Assembly (NCBI GenBank): GCA_044356295.1
Contig: JBIKWN010000016.1
Span: 1 to 45,329 of the forward strand
Source of the DNA: Bdellovibrionota bacterium
GTDB taxonomy: Bacteria; Bdellovibrionota_C; UBA2361; JBIKWN01
DNA: 45,329 nt
Direction of reading: 5' to 3'
In this document: positions 9,305 to 17,359 of the stretch, piece after piece
Position numbering within the stretch: position 1 is the stretch's first letter
How the letters are laid out: each line of letters begins with the position of its first letter
The notes under the pieces: model-generated
Databases searched by the model: none
The model's input: the letters and a program-made list of their open reading frames with translations, nothing else
What the model was told of the DNA's origin: nothing
Translations under genes and position numbers: made by a program

Positions 9305-10272
9305 AATACTTCTTTCATAAATTGTTCTTCATTCAGGCATGGAAGAAATTTTATATTTGGGAATTTACTGCGTAAAAATTTTGCAGTAAAACCGATACCT
9401 GATCCATGAAATTTTTCTGTAATTGACGGATCTTGTTGATAAGCAGTTAAAAACCGATCAACGCTTTTCCAGTAAAAGTGAGTTTTGGAAGAAAGATTTT
9501 TATCAGATTCAATTTTTTCAATTTGATAAAAGGGAATCACGTTCGAAAAAAATGAATGTGCCTCAAATTTTGAATCGGTTATAGCTAATGAATCATTATG
9601 AGTTAATTTCACCCAATCACCTGGAAAGAGATCAAGCATGAAGCTTGATTGAAGTTCATCTTCACCTAGGGATTCTACGCATCCATTAACTAATAAGCCT
9701 TGATGAGATAATTTTTTCCACGAAGAAATTCCAGCAGTAAAAATTGCGGAAGAGTCTTTTAAAAAACTCAAATCACAATCATCAGGAACACGAGAAACGA
9801 AAACATTTTTTTCTTTTGTTAGTTGCGAATCAATAACAAGAGGTTTTCGAGAAACTGATTCGTTTGAATCGATATGCAAAAAATTTCTGTCTTTACATTT
9901 TATAACAGTACTCGGTGAGCTTGGCGTAAAATGTACCGAGCCTTTCTGAGGTAACGTACGTTGATAACAAATTGAACCGAATTGCCTTGCGACTATCTGT
10001 GTAAATTCTTTATCAGAAAGTTGTTGAGCGGGAAGTACAATCCTTGGAAGGACAATAATCTTAAAAAGAGATTTTAATCTTAATTTTGATTCTTTAGTTT
10101 CGCTTTGTAGTTCTGAGACACTTTTAAGGAACCCTGCATCTCCTAACGAGTGAACATAGTCGATAGGGGAATCAAACAATTGAGACAGGTCAATCTTGCT
10201 ACCTATTGCTACCCCGGCAATCCACTGGTCGTCATTGAAAAAACCTGTTTGATTCACGGGGTTATTATACAT
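9301..10272 (-). CDS. Probable divergent uroporphyrinogen III synthase (HemD-like C-terminal domain)
   Basis: Translationally coupled to hemB. IFTAGISSWKKLSHQGLLVNG, VIPFYQI, FYWKS and HGSGIGFTAKFL match the two-lobed HemD pattern, recalled from the C-terminal part of Leptospira-type HemC-HemD fusions. Confidence 0.55.
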   Translation of the reverse strand: MYNNPVNQTGFFNDDQWIAGVAIGSKIDLSQLFDSPIDYVHSLGDAGFLKSVSELQSETKESKLRLKSLFKIIVLPRIVLPAQQLSDKEFTQIVARQFGSICYQRTLPQKGSVHFTPSSPSTVIKCKDRNFLHIDSNESVSRKPLVIDSQLTKEKNVFVSRVPDDCDLSFLKDSSAIFTAGISSWKKLSHQGLLVNGCVESLGEDELQSSFMLDLFPGDWVKLTHNDSLAITDSKFEAHSFFSNVIPFYQIEKIESDKNLSSKTHFYWKSVDRFLTAYQQDPSITEKFHGSGIGFTAKFLRSKFPNIKFLPCLNEEQFMKEVL

Positions 10273-10369
10273 TTTAGGAAAAAAATCGATCCATTTTGAA
10301 GGCCGTTTCAGAGGTCACATCTGTAAATTCCTCTTTCTTAGCATTCAGTTTTTATCTATTGTCATTGTA

Positions 10370-10972
10370 ATGTCACAAAAAGGTTTTAAAGAGACGATTA
10401 CGCTTCGGTTTCTGTTTGGTATTTTTTTCTCACCAATCGCTGTTTCATTATTAATGGCACCACGATTGTTTGATTTCTTTTTTCCTGAATTAGCCCCTGG
10501 CTTTAAAGCGTTAGTACTTATTATTTCATTAATGATTTTGCTTTGGGTGATGCTTGATTCAAGTCGTACGGCACTTTATGTAACAACCTGGATTATCACT
10601 ATCTCTGTTTTTGCATTTGCATTTGAAGTCGACAGGTTATTGCCCCCCGAGAAACCTCTTACAGTTCAAGTTCCTCAAGCTCAAGTTCAAGTATCAAGAC
10701 AGCAAATTAAACAAACTAAAAAAATTCTAAAAAAAGAAAATGATACACTGCAATATTCTTCGTTCGATGCAAAAGAAGGAACGCCGATTCCAACTCCTAC
10801 ACCGACACCAAATCTAACTCCATTTTTCGATCTATCGTCATTGACTGCAAAAGATCAGTCTATTGGAACACTCCCAAATAGCGCATTTTTCGGATCAAAC
10901 GGTTCAAAAAACTATACAGGTGGAATTATGGATATGATCAAGAGGGCGTATCGTTCAATCTTTGGAGGGTAG
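10370..10972 (+). CDS. Hypothetical membrane protein (three N-terminal TM helices, PT-rich linker)
   Basis: Hydrophobic N-terminus and PTPTPTP stretch; 3' end overlaps the convergent dcd by 18 bp. Confidence 0.65.
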   Translation: MSQKGFKETITLRFLFGIFFSPIAVSLLMAPRLFDFFFPELAPGFKALVLIISLMILLWVMLDSSRTALYVTTWIITISVFAFAFEVDRLLPPEKPLTVQVPQAQVQVSRQQIKQTKKILKKENDTLQYSSFDAKEGTPIPTPTPTPNLTPFFDLSSLTAKDQSIGTLPNSAFFGSNGSKNYTGGIMDMIKRAYRSIFGG

Positions 10973-11521
10973 TATTTCATCATTAAAAAGTGGTGCACCG
11001 ACCGTAGTTTGATGCCTATATTTGCCTTCATCATCATAAACTTTCGATGCAGGTGTTTTTAACTCGAATAAAGCAACGCGAGCAATTTTCATTCTTGGAT
11101 AAAGCATAATTGCATTCGGACCATGATTAGCGAGTTCAAGTGTGACACGTCGATCTTTGTGCCCCGGATAAACCAGCATAGCAGTTTGAACAATCGTTAA
11201 TCCAAGCCGTGCAAGGGTGCTTCGACCTTCAATAAAAAAACCTAATGAATTACCAACGCTGACTTTTTGAAATGTAGCGCCCAGAATAAATTCACCTGGC
11301 ATTAACATATACGGAGAGTCATCGGTTATCGTTATCGAATCGTAATCTGGATAAATATTTTTTTTAACATCTGCCACTTTCCCAGGTAGTGGTTTTAGGA
11401 GGTCTGCACCTAAGTGCAAGGTAAGCCCAGCGCCTCTCAGGTACCCGTCATCATAGGGGTCTATAATGAGCTCTTTAGAATCGATAGCCCTCTTAATATC
11501 TTCGTTTGATAGCATACTCAT
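10955..11521 (-). CDS. dcd: dCTP deaminase
   Basis: MLSNEDIKRAI, LMPGEFILGAT, EGRSTLARLGL, PG..(R)VTLELAN, YPRMKIA, YDDEGKYRHQ. Confidence 0.93.
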   Translation of the reverse strand: MSMLSNEDIKRAIDSKELIIDPYDDGYLRGAGLTLHLGADLLKPLPGKVADVKKNIYPDYDSITITDDSPYMLMPGEFILGATFQKVSVGNSLGFFIEGRSTLARLGLTIVQTAMLVYPGHKDRRVTLELANHGPNAIMLYPRMKIARVALFELKTPASKVYDDEGKYRHQTTVGAPLFNDEILPSKD

Positions 11522-11605
11522 AAACGGAACTTGCCTCTCAGTGAGGGTTGGTTTTACACTTAATCACACAAAAAGTCTTTATAGATAAATAAAAGAGAGC
11601 AAAAC

Positions 11606-11875
11606 ATGCAACACGACGCAGCGGAACAGAAAAGAGGAATGATTTGGTTAACTATTGTTGGTCCAGTTGCGATCGTTGTAACTATTGCGCTTTATTGCAC
11701 AAATAATTTTTTAGAAAACTCGCCTACTGAAAAAATACTTGGGGATACACTTCGTGAATTACGAGGTGCTCAAACATCAGTGAAAAGTAACTTCACAGAT
11801 GAGCGTCAAACAAACGAATCTGCGCATTCAGAGGGGCTCCGAGTAGTCACGAACGCTTCCAAGGAACATGACTAG
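11606..11875 (+). CDS. Small single-pass membrane protein, hypothetical
   Basis: 89-aa ORF with a purine-rich sequence upstream and one hydrophobic helix. Confidence 0.55.
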   Translation: MQHDAAEQKRGMIWLTIVGPVAIVVTIALYCTNNFLENSPTEKILGDTLRELRGAQTSVKSNFTDERQTNESAHSEGLRVVTNASKEHD

Positions 11876-12060
11876 AAATCTGATTTACTGATAACTCTCA
11901 ATAGCACCTGCTAAAAGATAGAACACCAATTTACATTTTTATAGAAAAAATTGATTGACCAACCCTTGTGCTATGTGGAATATTCCGTTCGTGATAATTA
12001 TTCCAAGCAGATCTCGGATTTCCGAATACTCTGTCTATTTTTTCAAGAATTCAAATTAGA

Positions 12061-13785
12061 ATGCCACTCATGTCTTCTTTTCATCATTGCAAAAATTCAA
12101 TCGTTTCTTTGCCACTTTCCTTGCAAAAAATTAAAATAACTAAAATCTTTTTTTGTGCAACAACAGCTGCAGGACTGCTTCTATCCATCGCTGCGAATGA
12201 TTCGTTAGCACAATCTTCTTCTAGAAAAATTCTTTGCCAAAACACAAGAACATTAGTTGTTACAGAAAGAAGTAAGTGTAGAGTCGGTGAAAGACTCGCT
12301 GCCAATATTCAAAACGGAGCAAATGGATTAAACGCTGCTTCAGGAATATCTGGTATTTCAGGTGTTTCTGGAACTGAAGGAATCAGTGGTGTCTCTGGTC
12401 TTTCTGGTATCAGTGGAGTTACTGGTGAAAGTGGAGTTTCAGGTATTAGTGGTGTTACTGGTGTTACTGGTGTTACCGGAATATCAGGAACTCAAGGTCT
12501 TTCAGGAGTTTCTGGAGTAACTGGTGATAGTGGAGTTACTGGAGTTTTAGGATTTAGCGGTGTTTCAGGAGTAACTGGTGTATCCGGTCAAACTGGAGAA
12601 TCAGGCGTATCAGGTGTAACCGGAGAATCCGGTGTAACAGGTTTATCCGGTTTGTCAGGAGTATCAGGAGCAACCGGCGTTACAGGCGTTAGCGGTGTAA
12701 GTGGTTTAACTGGTGTAACGGGAATTGATGGATTATCAGGAGTTAGTGGAGTTACAGGTATTGTCGGTGCAACTGGAAATTCAGGTGTTTCTGGATTATC
12801 AGGTTTATCAGGCGAAACGGGCGTATCTGGAACAACTGGTTTAAGTGGAGCTAGTGGAATTTCTGGTGTTAGTGGAGTAACTGGAGCATCTGGAAGCATA
12901 GGTGCTAGTGGTGAAGTTGGTGCTAGTGGAGTTACTGGTGCACTTGGACTTCCAGGGTTAGGAGGATTTCCAGGAGCTGCTGGTGTAGCAGGACTTTCTG
13001 GTGTGTCTGGAGAGATTGGAGTATCTGGAGTTGTTGGTGCAACTGGAGCCTCTGGAGTTACTGGTCTTGATAGTGCTGTTCAAGGTGCTTCCGGCGTAAC
13101 AGGAGTTGAAGGAGTATCAGGTTTCTCAGGAATTTCTGGGGTTTCTGGTGAAACTGGGGTTGCAGGTGCAACAGGTGTTGCAGGTGCTTCAGGATTTACT
13201 GGAGTCGAAGGAACAAGTGGTGTTTCTGGATTCACTGGCGTAACTGGTGCAACAGGAGTTACAGGGGTGTCTGGAATAACTGGGATAATTGGATTGTCAG
13301 GTGTTAGTGGTGTATCAGGAATCACTGGAGTCGAAGGCGTAACTGGAGTACTCGGAGCATCAGGAATCCAAGGAAATTCAGGAGTCGCTGGAGCATCCGG
13401 TGTTACAGGCCCAACTAACGGTGGAACATTCCTCTCGTCATCAGGGGCTCAAATAAATACAAACTCTACATTATACTTACCATTATCAGGAACAGGGTCC
13501 TCAGCTACAGAAGCTAGTGTATCTCAAACTGTAGCAAATACATGCCTCCTTACATCCATGGCAGCTTATGTAGATGGAGCAAACCTTGGTTCTGATTCAG
13601 TAACAATTACCCTTAGAGTTGATACGACTGACCAAGCATCAATTCAATGCAGCATAACAGGTGCTAGTATAACATGTAACGAACCAGACGATATTACACT
13701 TAACGTTGGTAGTTTGATCGCTTGGAAAATTGAAAGTTCCAATGGTGGTAACCGTAGAGTAAGAATATCAGCGAGATGCGAGTAA
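12061..13785 (+). CDS. Secreted collagen-like protein 1 (Gly-X-Ser/Thr repeats); true start probably a little downstream
   Basis: Signal-like segment, Cys motif LCQNTRTLVVTERSKCRVGE, GXY tract at 12316-13416 (367 aa), about 120-aa Cys-containing beta-rich C-terminal domain. Confidence 0.88.
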   Translation: MPLMSSFHHCKNSIVSLPLSLQKIKITKIFFCATTAAGLLLSIAANDSLAQSSSRKILCQNTRTLVVTERSKCRVGERLAANIQNGANGLNAASGISGISGVSGTEGISGVSGLSGISGVTGESGVSGISGVTGVTGVTGISGTQGLSGVSGVTGDSGVTGVLGFSGVSGVTGVSGQTGESGVSGVTGESGVTGLSGLSGVSGATGVTGVSGVSGLTGVTGIDGLSGVSGVTGIVGATGNSGVSGLSGLSGETGVSGTTGLSGASGISGVSGVTGASGSIGASGEVGASGVTGALGLPGLGGFPGAAGVAGLSGVSGEIGVSGVVGATGASGVTGLDSAVQGASGVTGVEGVSGFSGISGVSGETGVAGATGVAGASGFTGVEGTSGVSGFTGVTGATGVTGVSGITGIIGLSGVSGVSGITGVEGVTGVLGASGIQGNSGVAGASGVTGPTNGGTFLSSSGAQINTNSTLYLPLSGTGSSATEASVSQTVANTCLLTSMAAYVDGANLGSDSVTITLRVDTTDQASIQCSITGASITCNEPDDITLNVGSLIAWKIESSNGGNRRVRISARCE

Positions 13786-13811
13786 GCTTTTTTATTGAGT
13801 AGGCAATTCCG

Positions 13812-15512
13812 ATGCAATCATTAGTTCATATGAAAACCTCAAAAACAAAAATCATCTCAGTAGCTATTTTAGCAACTGCTTTAATGTCAGTTTCGGTGAG
13901 CCTTAGTGCTTCAGCCCAAACTTCAACCGTTAGAGTCGTATGCCAAAATAAAAAGACAAGAGTCGTAACAGGAAGAGATATAAAATGTAATTCAGGAGAG
14001 GTAAGAATTACCTCAATATCACCAGGCTTAAATGGTGAAGCTGGAATTAGTGGTATATCTGGAGTGTCAGGAGAATCAGGTTTAAGTGGTATATCTGGAG
14101 TATCCGGTGAGAGCGGTGTATCAGGAATAACTGGTGTCACTGGTGCTTCGGGTGAAACAGGAGTTTCAGGCGTTGAAGGTTTAAGTGGCGTATCTGGATT
14201 ATCTGGTTTCTCAGGAATCTCTGGTGTTTCAGGAATAAGTGGTGTTAGTGGTGTAACTGGTGTCTCTGGTGTTTCAGGATTGTCTGGAGTTACAGGATTA
14301 TCAGGAGTCTCTGGTGCTTCTGGATTTAGTGGTGTTTCTGGTGTTCTAGGTGCAACTGGTGTTTCCGGTGTAACAGGTTTCTCAGGAGTTAGCGGTGTAT
14401 CAGGATCACTCGGATTATCAGGAGTGAGCGGTGTACTTGGCGTATCTGGCTCATCAGGTCTTAGTGGAGTACAGGGTGTAAGTGGAGTATCTGGTATATC
14501 TGGTGTTTCAGGTATCTCTGGTGTGTCAGGAATTAGTGGTCCTACTGGATCGATTGGTGCTTCTGGTGCTTCAGGAGTAAGTGGGGCTACAGGCGCTAGC
14601 GGAGCTTCTGGTTTATCCGGATTGTCAGGAATATCAGGTGTTAGTGGAGTAACTGGAATTTCTGGTCTTTCTGGAATTTCTGGATTATCTGGATTTAGTG
14701 GAATATCTGGCGTATCTGGTATTTCAGGCCTCTCAGGTGTAGTTGGAGATACAGGAGTATCAGGACCAAGTGGAGACGACGGTATTGTAGGTGTCAGCGG
14801 TGTTTCTGGGATTTCTGGATTAACAGGTGTTTCAGGTGTATCTGGTGTGACAGGAGTTTCAGGTTTCTCAGGTGTGAGTGGATTTACCGGTGTTATCGGT
14901 GATTCTGGAGTCTCTGGAAATTCAGGTGTACAAGGTGATTCAGGAGTATCAGGACTAAGCGGAGTATCAGGATTGAGTGGTGTTTCAGGTGTTACTGGAT
15001 TAGCAGGCGTATCGGGAGTTTCAGGAATATCTGGTGTCACTGGAGTAAGTGGAATAACAGGTGTGCTTGGAGCGACGGGTGTTTCAGGATTATCCGGAGT
15101 CTCTGGTGCTACAGGAGTTGGGAATCTTTTCTCATCATCATCTAGTACTGCAATTAATTTAAGTAATGCGACTCTTTATGCGCCATTAACTGGAACAATA
15201 ACTTTATCTGCTACTGAAGCTGATATTATGCAAACTCATCACATGGGTTGCGATGTTGAAAGCTTATTAGGTTTCGTGACTGGGTTTATGGGATCTCGGT
15301 CTGTAACTTTTACTTTAATGGTGGAAGGATCTCAGACAAGTCTATCATGCCCAGTAACAGGTAATCTTTCTAACTCATGTTTAGCGACTGCTGGAAGCAC
15401 AATCAGCATTGATTCTGGTGATAGAGTTTCGATAAGAATTGTAGGAAGTGCAAGTGCTGGAACTAGGTACGTTAAAACCTCAATCAAATGTAAAAACACA
15501 ACAGTCGGGTAA
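13812..15512 (+). CDS. Secreted collagen-like protein 2 (Gly-X-Ser/Thr repeats)
   Basis: Signal peptide (ASA-Q), VCQNKKTRVVTGRDIKCNSGE, in-register GXY tract at 14025-15122 (366 aa), paralogous C-terminal domain. Confidence 0.9.
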   Translation: MQSLVHMKTSKTKIISVAILATALMSVSVSLSASAQTSTVRVVCQNKKTRVVTGRDIKCNSGEVRITSISPGLNGEAGISGISGVSGESGLSGISGVSGESGVSGITGVTGASGETGVSGVEGLSGVSGLSGFSGISGVSGISGVSGVTGVSGVSGLSGVTGLSGVSGASGFSGVSGVLGATGVSGVTGFSGVSGVSGSLGLSGVSGVLGVSGSSGLSGVQGVSGVSGISGVSGISGVSGISGPTGSIGASGASGVSGATGASGASGLSGLSGISGVSGVTGISGLSGISGLSGFSGISGVSGISGLSGVVGDTGVSGPSGDDGIVGVSGVSGISGLTGVSGVSGVTGVSGFSGVSGFTGVIGDSGVSGNSGVQGDSGVSGLSGVSGLSGVSGVTGLAGVSGVSGISGVTGVSGITGVLGATGVSGLSGVSGATGVGNLFSSSSSTAINLSNATLYAPLTGTITLSATEADIMQTHHMGCDVESLLGFVTGFMGSRSVTFTLMVEGSQTSLSCPVTGNLSNSCLATAGSTISIDSGDRVSIRIVGSASAGTRYVKTSIKCKNTTVG

Positions 15513-15532
15513 CCATCATCAAGTATAACGAA

Positions 15533-17278
15533 ATGAATAGATTTAATTTTTATCCAAAAATCGAGTTAAAGATGAACCAGTCTCGTTTAACACTAGTTAT
15601 CGTACTCTTGGCATGTTGTTCGCTAGCAAGTATTGCAGTTGCACAGAGCCCCCGAATTGCTGCTGCTTTAGATACTAAGACAAGAGTACTTTGTCAAAAT
15701 AGAACTTCAAAAGTAATGACCGCCCGTGAAGGTTTAACTTGTAACAGAGGTGAGGTAGTCGTTGGTCGTGTGCGTGATGGAGCTAACGGAATTGATGGAA
15801 TATCAGGTGTATCTGGGATCACTGGTATATCAGGTGTTACCGGAGTTTCAGGTGAAAGTGGAGTAACAGGAGTATCCGGAGAATCAGGAGTATCTGGAGT
15901 AACAGGAGTTACTGGTCTAAGTGGATTGTCAGGGCTTAGTGGAGTTTCAGGAACAACTGGGATTACAGGTGTATCAGGAAATACTGGTGTTACAGGATTA
16001 TTAGGTCTCTCTGGAGTTTCAGGTGTAGACGGCGCCACTGGTGTAAGTGGATTTTCAGGAGTTTCAGGCGTAACTGGAATATCTGGTGAATCAGGTGTTT
16101 CAGGCATAGAAGGAGTTTCAGGTGTTTCAGGTGTTGAATCCTCAGTATCCGGAGTTTCGGGTGTTTCAGGATTTAGTGGTTTCTCTGGAGTCTCAGGAAT
16201 AAGCGGTGTTGATGGTGCAACTGGACTGAGCGGACTTAGCGGCGAAACTGGAGTAATTGGTGCAACAGGTCTTAGTGGAATGAGCGGATTTGAAGGTTCT
16301 ATTGGAGCCGATGGTGCGACGGGTGTCTCTGGAGTATCTGGTCTTACAGGTGTAGAAGGTGCAACTGGATTACTAGGAGCCACTGGAGTAAGTGGTTTAT
16401 CTGGTGTTTCAGGAATAACTGGATTATCCGGAGTAAGTGGAACTAGTGGTACAACTGGTGTAACTGGTGTTGCTGGTTTATCAGGTGTTAGTGGAATTAA
16501 GGGTGCAACTGGAGTCACAGGTGGACAAGGTGCTCAAGGGCCATCAGGTATTTCTGGATTAAGTGGTGTATCAGGAGTAACAGGAGTAGATGGCGTATCT
16601 GGAATCTCTGGTTTCTCTGGTGTAACAGGATTATCTGGCGTTACTGGTGTTAGTGGTTTCAGTGGTGTTAGTGGAATAACAGGTGTCTCTGGTTTCAGTG
16701 GAGTGTCAGGTGTTACTGGTGCTGATGGTGATAACGGTGCATCTGGTGAAAGCGGTGTATCCGGTATTAGCGGAATCGCTGGACTTAGCGGAGTTTCTGG
16801 ATTATCAGGATTATCTGGTGTATCAGGTGTCATCGGAGTATCCGGTGTAACAGGAACATCTGGTGTTGAAGGATACGGAAGTCAATTCTTAGCAAGTTCT
16901 AGTACGAATATTAACCCAGAAGTCGCACAGTATTATCTAAACATTGGTGGCCTCGGCTCTTCAACAAATGAAACATCTGCACAAAGAGTTTTCTCTGCTG
17001 ATTGCTCCATTGATAAACTTTACGGAATCATTGATGGTTCTGCACTCGGTGTTGGTGACTCAGTAGTATTCACCGTACGTATAAATTTTGTCGATGATGT
17101 AGCAACTTGTACAGTTGATAACGGAGGAGATGGATTAACTTGTTCGGCAACTCCAGGCAGCCCAACACTAGTCCAAGCTGGAGATCTAGTTACAATTGCT
17201 GTTGATGGTTTAACTTCAACTCCTGGTAACATTGGTCTTAGAAGAATTAGAGCTGGAATTCGCTGTCAATATAAGTAA
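15533..17278 (+). CDS. Secreted collagen-like protein 3 (Gly-X-Ser/Thr repeats)
   Basis: Signal peptide (AVA-Q), LCQNRTSKVMTAREGLTCNRGE, GXY tract at 15779-16879 (367 aa), paralogous C-terminal domain ending IRCQYK. Confidence 0.9.
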   Translation: MNRFNFYPKIELKMNQSRLTLVIVLLACCSLASIAVAQSPRIAAALDTKTRVLCQNRTSKVMTAREGLTCNRGEVVVGRVRDGANGIDGISGVSGITGISGVTGVSGESGVTGVSGESGVSGVTGVTGLSGLSGLSGVSGTTGITGVSGNTGVTGLLGLSGVSGVDGATGVSGFSGVSGVTGISGESGVSGIEGVSGVSGVESSVSGVSGVSGFSGFSGVSGISGVDGATGLSGLSGETGVIGATGLSGMSGFEGSIGADGATGVSGVSGLTGVEGATGLLGATGVSGLSGVSGITGLSGVSGTSGTTGVTGVAGLSGVSGIKGATGVTGGQGAQGPSGISGLSGVSGVTGVDGVSGISGFSGVTGLSGVTGVSGFSGVSGITGVSGFSGVSGVTGADGDNGASGESGVSGISGIAGLSGVSGLSGLSGVSGVIGVSGVTGTSGVEGYGSQFLASSSTNINPEVAQYYLNIGGLGSSTNETSAQRVFSADCSIDKLYGIIDGSALGVGDSVVFTVRINFVDDVATCTVDNGGDGLTCSATPGSPTLVQAGDLVTIAVDGLTSTPGNIGLRRIRAGIRCQYK

Positions 17279-17300
17279 GATTGAAATTTATCTTTCTTAA

Positions 17301-17343
17301 ATAAAAAGGTATCAGGATGTATAATCTTGATACCTTTTTTATT
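17301..17343. terminator. Bidirectional intrinsic terminator
   Basis: AAAAAGGTATCAGGA-TGTATAA-TCTTGATACCTTTTTT hairpin with A/T tails, between convergent genes. Confidence 0.8.
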
Positions 17344-17359
17344 GAAAAAAATATTGAAG

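Noticed and set aside
12588..16833. Long Pro/Thr/Asp/Glu-rich ORFs on the minus strand (e.g. 13826-15040, 15694-16518)
   Set aside because: Antisense shadows of the GGN-rich collagen codons (GGN reversed gives NCC and in-frame Pro). The plus-strand genes have signal peptides and terminal domains.
12316..16879. Repetitive DNA considered as a CRISPR array or satellite
   Set aside because: The 9-bp periodicity is fully explained by Gly-X-Y coding with varied synonymous codons; there is no repeat-spacer structure and no cas gene.
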